Assembly: GCF_021057185.1 (NCBI RefSeq) | Contig: NZ_CP054059.1 | Location: 720,001-752,000, forward strand | Length of the DNA stretch: 32,000 bases | Reading direction: 5' to 3' | Origin: Candidatus Absconditicoccus praedator | Lineage (GTDB): Bacteria > Patescibacteriota > Gracilibacteria > Absconditabacterales > Absconditicoccaceae | Part shown: piece after piece, positions 14,830 to 25,039 of the stretch | How positions within the stretch are numbered: the first letter of the stretch is position 1 | Layout: the number at the start of each line of letters is the position of its first letter | Notes under the pieces: generated by a model | Seen by the model: the letters and a program-made list of their open reading frames with translations, nothing else | What the model was told of the DNA's origin: nothing | The model's database searches: none | Made by a program: the position numbers and the translations under genes

Positions 14830-17497
14830 AAAGTTCTACCTTTTGTGTCCAAATATCCATTTGTTGTATTTGTCAGCTATGAGTTACTACATAAAATTTC
14901 ACATTATTGAATTTTACAAAATTTTCCAAAAGGTCTGATATTTTTCATATACTTTCATTATCAAGATTGTTGATAGTTTCATCCAAAAATAAAAATTTTG
15001 TTCTCAAAAAACTACATACTGTAAGTATCCAACATATTCTCAAAACTGCTGTTTGTCATCAACTAAGTGATTTTACGGGTCTTTTTCAGTACTTATCTAC
15101 AATATTTATTTCAAGCTCTAATTTCTCTGATGGTTTTTTCTCCAAATCGAAATCAACTTCAAAATCCACTACTTGACCAAGATAGTTGTTTAAAACTGAT
15201 GAAATTTGAGGTAAAAAATTTTGCAGTATCACCAACATTAATTCTTTTGAAAAAATATTGTACAAATCCGACAACACTTTTTCTTCATCTTTCAGTTTTT
15301 CTATTTTTAATTTCAATTCAGAAAAATCTTCCTTCAAGGAGTTAATATTTCAGATAGCTTCAAGAACTTTATCAAGCTTTTTTTCATCTTCTTGTAGTTT
15401 ATCAAACTCAAACTCATCAATTTGTTTTCTTAATTTTGCCAATTTGTCTTCCAAGGATTTTTTTTTGGTTTGAAGCTGTTTTTTTTGAGTCGTGTAAGAA
15501 TCAATTTTTGATTTGAATCCAACAATTTCTTCTTCAAGTTTTTGAATATCCTCCACCCTTTGTTCATATTCTTGTATTTTTTTGTCCAAGTCATTTTTTG
15601 AATTATCAAGCTTTCTATACTCTTCTATATTTTCTTTTATTTTTTTTCGATTTATTTTCTCCATAAATTCCAAATTATCCGAAATTTTCTTATCTATATT
15701 TTCTATATTTTTTCCATATTCATTATTTTTTCTTTCAAAATCCAACTCTTTCATCTGGTTTTCAAGTTCTTTGATTTCTTTATCTACTTGTAGGAAAAAA
15801 TCAGAAAAATAATTTTTAGGATTTTTATCAACAGCAGTTTTTTGCTTTTTAAGATCAGATATTTGAGTATCTATTTCTTCGATTTTTTTATCATATTGTT
15901 GCTCATCCAAAAGTTTTTTTAGTTTAGTTAGTTCTTCTTCATATTCATGTTTTTGAGTTTTAAATTGGGATATTACATCACTTTTTATCTCATCCATATA
16001 AGGACAATCATCTTTTATTTTTTCACAATAAAATTTTGACTGAAAAGAAATATCTTCTCATATTTTTTTTATCTTTTTTTCGTACTGGTCAATTTGGTCC
16101 AAAATATCCTTATGTTGTTTTTTATAATCTTGTTTTTGATTTTCAAGCTTTGAGATCTGTATATCTGTTTTGGCTTTATAGTTTTCTATTTTTTCTTGTA
16201 AATTTTTATGTGTAGTTGTTCATTCTTGAAAAGAAAGGTTATCAATTTTTTCTTGTATATTTGCTTTTTGAGAATTGATAAGCTCAATTTGAGAAAGGTA
16301 GTAATTTTTCTGCTCTCTTAAGTTTTTTCAATCTGAAATAATATTATCCACTATAGAGTTTGCTTCATATATATCATTAACATCATATCAGTATTTTTTG
16401 AAAACATCAAAATTTAGATCTTTTATGATATTTTCCTGGTTTTCTTGTATTTGAGATTTTTTTTGTTTCAATGTTTTTACATCAAAATTTTTCAATTCAT
16501 CCAGTTTTTTCTGTTTTTGTGATATTTCATTGTTTATACTTTCTATATTTTCATGAATCTGATCAATTTGTTTGGAGTTGTCTGAAATATCTTGTTTGAT
16601 ATAAGTTTCTTGAGACAGAAGCTCTTGATAAGAGTTTTTTTTCTGTTCAAGCTTGTATTTAATATCCAAAAACTCTTTTTTATTTAGCTGAAAATCAAAC
16701 TTAGAAAATGTAATATTTTCAATATTTTCTCATACGAAAAATTTTAAATCTTCCAGTATATCTATCTTGTTTTGAAAAAATGAAAATTCCGAATTATTAG
16801 TAATTTCCAAAAGATTTTTCTTTAGTTTTTGATCATAGTATGAACTATCTTGATATGCTTTTAGTTTGGATTGTACATCTTTTTTATCTTGGTGTATAAT
16901 GTCTTTTCGATAATCTATTCATACAAGATTAAAAACCTCCTTTAAAACATCAATCCTTTCTGAAGGAGTTAAGTGAAATATACTCATTCAATCCTGCAAA
17001 TAAATATTTTTATTCAAAAAAACATTTCTTTCTGGGATAACATCCATTATTGTTTTTTGAAGTTCTTGTTCTGACTTAAAAGCTACCTTTTCACAAACAT
17101 CCTCACCTAAAAAATAGGAAAAATCTTGATCATAAACCACAACTGATCAAAGTTTTTCCTGAAGGTTATCCAACACATTAGTACTATTGTCTATTGTAAA
17201 AAGTTTTGAAGAAACACTTTCTCATCATGATTTTGTTTTTTTGACATCTCTTTGAAGTAAGTAATAATTTCAGCTTTCCTCAAACAAAATTTTAACAAAT
17301 CCTTTTTCAGAATTTTTGTTTAAGATGGGTCTTTGAGACCATTTATAAAGTCAAAAAACAGGTCAATCAAAAAACAAAAAACTCTTACCTGTTCAAATAG
17401 GTGCTGTTATAAGAACCTTTCATTCGTGGAAATTTATTGTAATAGTATTTGATACAAAAGGTCAAATATTTTGATAACTTGCAAAAAGTATGTTCAT
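14828..17497 (-). CDS. SbcC/Rad50-like SMC-family ATPase with long coiled coil, 889 aa
   Basis: The N-terminal Walker A is ITAPIGTGKSFLFFDG. The middle about 600 aa is K/E/Q/L-rich coiled coil (track ORFs 16388-16669, 15350-15997 and 15086-15337 are all in frame). A Cys pair YCEKIKDDCPY lies near mid-length. The C-terminal head has LSGGQ, LFLDETINNLD and VVTHS. Confidence 0.8.
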
Positions 17498-17518
17498 ATA
17501 ATCAAAATTAGATATAAA

Positions 17519-18586
17519 TTATTTTTTCTCTTTTTTAATAAACTCATAAGGAAGACCTTTTATCCAGAAAAGATAGTAATTCACTCAAAAGAAAACCAAA
17601 AACATAAATAAAAATATTACTACTTTTCAAAGTCTATCGGCTCAAAGAAGTATTATTATAGTCATAAAAAACAAAGACCATCCCCATACAAAAACTCTAA
17701 CTTCATTCCTACTCCATCCCAATCTCATAAGTCTGTGATGAAGATGAGTATAATCTCATTTCAAGGGGTTTTTTTTCATAACAAGTATTCTATTGAGGAA
17801 AACCCAAATAGCATCAAAAAAAGCCAATGATATAGCAACTAAAATTGTTCAAATTTTTGCACCTCAAAGTAAAGCCAAATATGCCAAGGCAAATCACAAA
17901 AACATAACTCCAACATCTCTGAGCAATCAAAAAGGCTTAAACTCAACAAATGTATAAAGTAAAGAAAAAATCAAAAAAATAAAAGATATATTTGCTACCA
18001 TTTCAAGCATCTGTTTGGTTTCTTGTGTTATATCTTGATAATGAGGAAAAACAACCAAATAAATAAGTAAAATTATAGTAAGAAAACCTATAGATGATAC
18101 TCAACTTGCCAAAGAATTTACTCCATCAAACCAGTTAATTGCATTCATAAATCACACAAACCAGATTATAGTAAGTATAGCTGCTACAACAAAAGGAAAC
18201 TCTATTTGTCATAATATCGGTAAATTAATACTCTCTATCCCAACTCATGCAAAATAAAATGCTATAAAACCCAATAACAATTGTATAACAACCCTAATCA
18301 TAGGAGAAATTCACTTAATTTCGTCTATCACTCAAAAAATCAGTATAATAAATCAAAGCAAGAAAAAAACTATTATTTCTATATTCTGTAAATAATCAGG
18401 GAACACCAAAAGGATAGAAAACAAAACTCACATATACAAAAAAATTCACTGCAAAGTAGGCACAGGTTTTCTAGGAGGGATAATATCAGGTCATGGTTTG
18501 TCCAAAATATTAAATTTCATAAACAAAAAGACTCATCCAATGACAACTAATAAAGCTATTATTATAATATAAACAAAATCTATCAT
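17519..18586 (-). CDS. Glycosyltransferase family 4 polyprenyl-phosphate HexNAc-1-phosphate transferase (WecA/TagO/MraY family), 355 aa
   Basis: It has about 10 TM segments and the motifs MNAINWFDGVNSLASG and GDYTHLHHRLMRLGWS, which look more WecA-like than the MraY HHHFE motif. Confidence 0.78.
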
Positions 18587-18623
18587 CACCTAAATTTGAA
18601 AATAAAAAAATTAAATTTTTAAG

Positions 18624-18785
18624 CTAATCATTTGACTCCTCTGATAAGGAATCATCAATAGCATGAACAAGTTCAATCTCAATATGTTCTGACACAACTT
18701 GAGCTGCATCAATTCAATTTCTGACAACTTCTCTTCAAGACTCATCTGTTTCATGTATTTGAATATGACTTTCATAATATCACAT
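18624..18785 (-). CDS. Hypothetical small acidic protein, 53 aa
   Basis: Under table 25 the frame reads MGYYESHIQIHETDESGREVVRNGIDAAQVVSEHIEIELVHAIDDSLSEESND and ends in TAG. I recognise no homology. It is called only on position and frame. Confidence 0.3.
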
Positions 18786-18876
18786 AATTCTTTATTTAAG
18801 TTTTAAACTAATAAATATATAATCTTTTTGAAAGCATATTCAATAAATATTTTAATTTTTTCTCCATAACAAAAAA

Positions 18877-18948
18877 TGGGTCAGGAGGGAATCGAACCCT
18901 CGACCACCGGCTTAAAAGGCCGTTGCTCTACCCCTGAGCTACTGACCC
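18877..18948 (-). tRNA. tRNA-Lys (anticodon UUU), 72 nt, no encoded CCA
   Basis: The minus strand reads gggtcagtagctcaggggtagagcaacggccttttaagccggtggtcgagggttcgattccctcctgaccca. It folds as a cloverleaf with a 7-bp acceptor stem, D arm gctc/gagc, anticodon loop CU-UUU-AA and T arm gaggg-ttcgatt-ccctc. Confidence 0.9.
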
Positions 18949-19021
18949 AACATCAAGAGCTATAAAAAGCTCAAGAAGCTGACTTTATTGTATATATTTT
19001 TAAACAAAAATCAATTAATTT

Positions 19022-19216
19022 TTAGATTTGTCCTAACTTTGAAAGTTTTTTATAACAACTTGAACATATTTTTACTCTAACCTTAAAACCATCTCATAAG
19101 TCTATGTTTTTGGTGAAAAGGTTGGCTTTGAATTTTCTTTTAGTTGCTCTCATTGAATGGGATCTGTTATTTCAAGCAACAGTTCATTTAGAACAAACTT
19201 CACAAGTTCTTGCCAT
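19022..19216 (-). CDS. rpmB: 50S ribosomal protein L28, 64 aa
   Basis: It reads MARTCEVCSKGTVAGNNRSHSMRATKRKFKANLFTKNIDLGDGFKVRVKICSSCYKKLSKLGQI, which has the typical L28 core (GN.vSHS....kR.F.pNL). Confidence 0.85.
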
Positions 19217-19243
19217 TTTATATTAAGTACTTAGCAATTAAAA

Positions 19244-19855
19244 CTACTTATTTTCAGCCTCTCAGTTTTCTGTATCCTCTTGTATAGATTCTTCCTCCTC
19301 AGGTTCTTCTTTTATTTCTACAACAGTAATTATTGGCTGCTCTAGATCATCCACTATTTCTACTCATTTAGGTACTTGTAAATCTTTTACAAATACGATA
19401 TCATTTGTTGTCTTAATTTCTGAAAGATCTAATGTAAAGTCATGAGGTAAATCTTTTGGCAATGCCTCTACAACAACATGATCTTTCACCATTTCTATCT
19501 TTCATAAAGATTGTTTTTCAACTGGAGCTTCTCACTGAGTATATACAGGAACCTCAGCCTCTGTTTTTTCATCTGCTTTAACCGCATGGAAATCTATATG
19601 AAGCAACCTGTTTTTTACTGGATCTACATCGACTTCATGAATCAAAACCATTTGATTTATACCGTCTCATTTCAAAGTCACAGGAGTTGACTCTCATGCT
19701 TTTTCATAGACTTTCAAAAACTCCATTTTATCAAAAAAAACAGAAATAGGAGACTCCAGATGCTTTCAATAAACAACACCTGGTATCAATCAGTCTGCCC
19801 TATACTTTTTTAACGACTTTCCAAACTCCCATCTTTTTTTTACTGAAAGATTCAT
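19244..19855 (-). CDS. rplY: 50S ribosomal protein L25 / general stress protein Ctc, 203 aa
   Basis: It reads MNLSVKKRWEFGKSLKKYRADGLIPGVVYGKHLESPISVFFD...LLHIDFHAV, followed by an acidic C-terminal tail. Confidence 0.83.
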
Positions 19856-19881
19856 TTACAATTAATAATTAGATTATAAAG

Positions 19882-20262
19882 CTACTTTTTTTCAAGCTGA
19901 TATTGCTTTGAAAAATTTTTTGAAGACTTCATTCTTGCTGATTTTCACACTTTATGCCTTATATAATACAACTTTGCTCTTCTTATTCTATACTCATCTA
20001 AAACAGTTATTTTATCAAAATAAGGAAATGACAAAGGATAAATTTTTTCAACAACTATTCATGAAGTTTTTCACCTCACTGTAAAAGTTCAATCTACTGA
20101 GTTTTTTTTCTTAACTCTTAGGACTAGTCATTTAAATCTCCAAATTCTTTTACTAGATCATTCTCATATCACTTCTGATATTTCAAGATACTGTCATGGT
20201 TTCACATCATACTTTTTATATCACTTTTGATGAAAAAGTTTTTTAAGCCTTTCAAAGTTCAT
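19882..20262 (-). CDS. rplS: 50S ribosomal protein L19, 126 aa
   Basis: It carries the hallmark L19 motifs ...EGSSKRIWRFKGLVLRVKKKNSVDGTFTVRGKTSGIVVEKIYPLSFPYFDKITVLDEYRIRRAKLYYIR. Confidence 0.88.
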
Positions 20263-20285
20263 TATTTCTACTTAATTTTATAAAA

Positions 20286-20426
20286 CTAGCTTTGTCTTTT
20301 CATAACTTTTGCTTTCCATTTTCTTTGTTGCTCTACTTGCTTTCTTATATCCATCACAACAACTCTTTCAACTCTTGCAAGTGCTTTATTAAGTTTTTTC
20401 TTTCAATTAGTTCTAAGTCTTGCCAT
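20286..20426 (-). CDS. Hypothetical small basic protein, 46 aa (weak bS21-like pattern)
   Basis: It reads MARLRTNGKKKLNKALARVERVVVMDIRKQVEQQRKWKAKVMKRQS. It is embedded in the ribosomal protein cluster. The L-x-K-A-L-x-R-x-x-R pattern faintly recalls S21, but this is not established. Confidence 0.4.
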
Positions 20427-20435
20427 AAGTATTTA

Positions 20436-20693
20436 TTATTTAATTAAATGATTAAGTCATTTCTTTTCTAAAACAGACGAAACAGAATCTTTTTTTATTC
20501 AATACTTTTTTAGCTTAGTTTCTGCCTTTTCGAAAGCATTTTTAATCCACCTTGTTTCTCCATATTTTTCTTGTTTTTTTAAAAGCTCTATATATCACAA
20601 AATAGCTTTTTCATTTTTTTCTCAAGACATAGCTCTTTTTCTATTAATATTTCTCAACCAGTGATTATGTCTTGCTCTTTTTTGATTACCCAT
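20436..20693 (-). CDS. Hypothetical small basic helical protein, 85 aa
   Basis: It reads MGNQKRARHNHWLRNINRKRAMSGEKNEKAILGYIELLKKQEKYGETRWIKNAFEKAETKLKKYGIKKDSVSSVLEKKGLNHLIK. It lies between rpsG and the 46-aa ORF, and I recognise no family. Confidence 0.45.
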
Positions 20694-20715
20694 ATCAAAC
20701 CATTAAATACTAAAT

Positions 20716-21186
20716 TTATTTAACATATTTTGCCAAGTATGCATAAGCCTTATTTGCTTCTGCCATCTTGTGAGTATCTTCTTTTCTCTTAACTGAAGAT
20801 CATTGATTTGAATAAGCTGCCAACAACTCTTCTGCTAAAGCCTTATACATTGGAACTCATTTTTTTTGTCTTGAATACATAAGTATCCACCTAACAGCAT
20901 AAAAAAACTTTTTATCTGATTTTACCTCTAAAGGAACCTGATATACAGCTCATCAAATCCTTTTTGATTTCACCATCACCGAAGGAGAAGAATTTTCTAT
21001 TGCAATCTCCCAAACTGCAAAAGGATTTATATGTCAATTTTTCTTAATTTCCTCCATACAATCATAAAAAATCTTTCTTGCAATAGACTTTTTTCAATCT
21101 TTCATAAGATGATTTACAAACTTTTCTATCTTACTATTTGTACTAGGAGTTGAAAAAAGCTCGTTTTTTTTAAACTTTTTTGCCAT
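20716..21186 (-). CDS. rpsG: 30S ribosomal protein S7, 156 aa
   Basis: It reads MAKKFKKNELFSTPSTNSKIEKFVNHLMKDGKKSIARKIFYD...SPSVMVKSKRIGGAVYQVPLEV...AVRWIL...KEDTHKMAEANKAYA. Confidence 0.92.
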
Positions 21187-21217
21187 TACAACTTATACTT
21201 ATATATTAAATTAAAAT

Positions 21218-21631
21218 TTATTTTTTAGGTCTTTTTGTTCAGTAAACAGATCTAGACGTCTTCCTATTCTCTACTCAAGCCAAATCATAAGCTCATCTAA
21301 CAACATGATACTTAACTCACGGAAGATCCTTTACTCTTCACCCTCTCACCAAAACAACACTATGCTCCTGCAAAGAATGTTTTTCTCCTGGTATATAAGC
21401 TATAACCTCATGACCATTAGAAAGCCTCACTTTTGCAATTTTTCTCTGTGCTGAATTTGGCTTCTTTGGAGATGCTACTGTTACCTTCAAACACACACCT
21501 CTTTTAAAAGGAGAAGCATAATAGGTTTTTTTATTCCTAACAGTATTAAGACCATACTGCAATGCTGGAGACTTAGACAGACTTTTTTTGTCTTTTCTTC
21601 CTTTTTTTACTAGCTGATTTATTGTAGGCAT
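21218..21631 (-). CDS. rpsL: 30S ribosomal protein S12, 137 aa
   Basis: Track ORF 21338-21631 ([12 protein letters not shown]...HSVVLVRG) continues through TGA as [40 protein letters not shown] and ends at TAA 21218-21220. Confidence 0.95.
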
Positions 21632-21694
21632 TACCTATATATTAAATTATATTATAAAACAACCCTTTAAAGGGCATTTTTTGAGTAACAAAAT

Positions 21695-21724
21695 ATAATA
21701 TAAAGAAAATATTTTAAATTTCAA
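21695..21724 (-). promoter_or_regulatory. Putative rpsL promoter
   Basis: The minus strand has TTGAAA (21724-21719), an 18-nt spacer and TATTAT (21700-21695). It lies directly downstream of the terminator at 21735-21761. Confidence 0.4.
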
Positions 21725-21734
21725 GGAAAAGTAT

Positions 21735-21761
21735 AAAAAAATCCGGGAAATTAATCCCGGA
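21735..21761 (-). terminator. Rho-independent terminator after the 544-aa surface protein gene
   Basis: A perfect 7-bp GC-rich stem, tccggga (21742-21748) / tcccgga (21755-21761), has loop aattaa. On the minus strand it is followed by TTTTTTT (plus-strand A-run 21735-21741). Confidence 0.7.
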
Positions 21762-21766
21762 CAAGC

Positions 21767-23401
21767 TTACTCTCTAGTATACACATACAAGTTGTACAAA
21801 AGGTATAAGAAAACAGAAATAAGCACAAACATAACAAAATTTAAAAATGGTCATACTTGCACTCTTTCTACATCTCATATTTGACTTCTTTCTCAATCTT
21901 CGCAATCAGCTTCAACTGCATACCAATTATAAGATACTTCTTCTGCATCAGGATCAAAAGGATATTTAAACTTTGTATCCTCTGTTTCAGCAACTTTTTC
22001 CATATCAGAGATAGAAGTAGTATCTCAATCTTCTGACATGTATACATTATATTTTTCTGCTCATTCTACCTCATCCCATACTAAATAATGATCATCTCAG
22101 TCTTTTTCAATCGACAACTCTATCCCACGAACTCTACAAGATGCTGCTCACATCATTCATCATTCCACAAATGAAACATCAGAATATACTCAAGTTTTAT
22201 CTTGCTGATCGTCCAACTCAAAAACTTTCACATAATAATCTTCTTCAAAATCAAATCATTCCAAAACAACTTCATTATCTTCTACTATCACTTCTTCTCT
22301 TTGGTCTTTGTCATTTAAATTATCCTGACTATCTGCATAAACTAATTTAAACTCTACATATTTTCAATCATAATTCCAGCTAAAATACATTTCATCTTCT
22401 TCTGGATATTGCTCATACCTAAAAGAAGAAATAGATCACTCTTGAGAAACAGACACACTATCAACCTCTTCAAAATTTGCTGACTCTCACTGATATATAG
22501 TTTCTACATGAACAGGAAAGGTTCACACTTCATCGATTGTAGCATCTACCTCAAAAAATCAATCTTCCACATTATTCATAGAATACTCACCAACTCAATC
22601 AATAGTTAGTTGCACATCTTCTATGTCTTCTCAAGTCTCTACTTGTACAGTCACAGTTTCACCCTCTTTAATTCATTCTTCTGGCGTGATTATAATATCT
22701 TTAAAATCCTCAAGCTCTTGCTCCTCATAATAAAAAGTAATAGTATCAGACTCAGCCATTGTGTCACCACCATCCATTAAAGATACATATACTTCATTTT
22801 CTCAATCAGTTAAACCATCTATATTAGTATCAAATCCTCAATCTGAATCAGTAGTTCATGACTCAACTAGATTTCAATTCAGATATATATCAAATTGAGT
22901 ATTAGGAGCATCTGTTTGTCATATAACTTCTAAAGAGTCATCATAATACTCATCACCTTCAGAAGGAGACAAAATATCTATATCCCATTCTTGATCATCT
23001 TCTTCAGAAAAAACTTCTACTTCTAATTTTCAATATACATCTTCATCAAACATATCTTCTACAACCAAGTCAAAATATCACTCATCTGTAATATCTGAAG
23101 TATCATGAAATTCAAGTCATCTATCAAAAACAACTTCTCACTGGTCTTCATCTGAGAATGTATAAATTCAGTCACTTGGAAAGCTTACATCATCCATTCA
23201 AGCATTTTCCACCATCATAAGAATATCTCCATTATAGTCTTGTACTACTTCTCATTGATCATCAACAGCTCTTACTGTCAAGTCTACCGACTCATTTACT
23301 CTTGGAGATTCTGGATCCAATTCTATTTCAAACTCCTCCACATAAGAATATGAAAAGCTTATACTAAATAAGAACACAATTAATAAGATTATTTTTTTCA
23401 T
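21767..23401 (-). CDS. Highly acidic cell-surface protein with signal peptide, beta-rich Ig-like repeats and C-terminal TM anchor, 544 aa
   Basis: The N-terminus is MKKIILLIVFLFSISFSYSY. The body is very rich in D/E with repeated beta-strand-like segments (VDLTVRAVDDQGEVV, GETVTVQVETGEDIEDVQLTIDG). The C-terminus is hydrophobic (PFLNFVMFVLISVFLYLLYNLYVY). The start and stop frames agree (1635 nt). Confidence 0.7.
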
Positions 23402-23426
23402 TTCTTTTTACTTATAAATTTAAATA

Positions 23427-23900
23427 TTATTTAGCTGATATTGATAATCTTTCTGTTGATCAATCGGTAAAATTTACAACAACATCTGAAAGAGTCACTT
23501 CTCAATCATCTCAGTCAAAAGGAAATGAAAAGATATTTTCTTCTGAACCAATCTCTCAAATATTTGTAAATATTAGCTTTTCTCATGCTCACTCTATATT
23601 AGCAGACGAGTAATCAAAATCAGAATCTATATTTAAATCTCAAACTTCAAGACCTTCATCATAATACAAATCAATACTTACAGAAGCAACTCTATCAAAA
23701 GAAGAATTTGCGTCTACATAAACCTCTCATTCTTCTATATAATATACTATGTCTCAACCATATTCTACCTGAGTATCTTCATCCACCAATATATCAGCTG
23801 TAAGAAGATCTGCCCTGTCTACTGCAAAAACTACAACAAAAGCAAGAACAAAAGCTGTGCTCAAGGCAAACAAATTTTCCTTAATATTTATTGTTTTCAT
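23427..23900 (-). CDS. Secreted acidic protein, 157 aa
   Basis: The signal/anchor is MKTINIKENLFALSTAFVLAFVVVFAV, followed by an acidic beta-rich domain (DLYYDEGLEVGDLNIDSDFDY...). It lies immediately upstream of the 544-aa acidic protein. Confidence 0.6.
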
Positions 23901-23977
23901 AAAAGAATATTAATTTTTAAATATAATCTCATTATAAAAACTTTATCAAAAAAAGCAAATATTATAGACTATGTAAA

Positions 23978-25030
23978 TTAATTTAAATATTGACTTCTTA
24001 AATAATTGTGTTCTTGTAAAGTTTGGGAGGTATGAAGAGCTCAAGAATTATCATGCAAATAGTAACAATCATTTGTTTCTTCAAAATCCAAAACTGCATT
24101 TAATGTTGCAGAAGAAGGACTAGCTATAGGTGTTGGAGTTAATCAACGATTTTGTCTTGTATTATAAGGATTTGATGAATCGTTTAGATGACTTACTATC
24201 TGATCTACTGTGCAAGTTCTGTATGACTCACCTAAACCATAACAAAGAGAAATATCCGCATCCAATCTAAATATATTTTGGCAGTTTGAAGCAAGCCTAT
24301 TTAAAAAGATTCAGGCTATTTTATTTTTATTTGGATTATAATTTTCTTCTTTTTCTATGATAGACGCTAAAGTTATAATCTCATAAACTGACAATTCTAA
24401 ATTATATCAAAGATTATTTAATCTTTCTGAAAAGTATAGAAACTCATTTTTTCTATCTTCCCATATACCAAGCTCAAAATTATTTAACTGATTGATCACA
24501 ACCTGCCTTATGATATCTCAAGAAGAAATATCTATAGTATATGTATCCGGATACAAAAATCATTCAAAAGACTTAATTTTATCTTCTCACAAATTTTGAA
24601 GAAATGTATAATATTCTTCATAGCTTTTTATTACACTTTGATCTGTTACATAATCTACAAAACTTCAAGATTCTATAAATCACAACACAGACAAATAATA
24701 GTCTATATCATACATTCACCGTCACTCTAAAATAGTTATATTTACTTCTTTTGTTTGTGGTCACTCTTCAAATTTTTTTATTACTTCTGATTTTGAATAC
24801 ACTCCATCAAAAGAGTAGAATCCATCTTTAGGTTGTGGTTGTTCTTTTCAGGACAATAAAAAATAAATATAAAAAGATAAACTATCTTTTTTTCCTAAAT
24901 CATTTAAAAAGTTAGAAAAATAATAATTATCTGTTATTACAACATCTCTTTCAAGAGAAACATCTCTTGCAAAAAGATAATAAACACTAACAAAGAATAA
25001 AATTACTACTGCTAAAAGTATTTTTTTCAT
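23978..25030 (-). CDS. mltG: Endolytic murein transglycosylase MltG (YceG-like), 350 aa
   Basis: It has an N-terminal TM (track ORF 24848-25030) and YceG motifs: YPDTYTI, ITLASIIEKE, AGIFLNRL, LDADISLCYG and NPYNTRQNRGLTPTPIASPSSATLNAVL. Confidence 0.85.
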
Positions 25031-25039
25031 TTAATTAAC

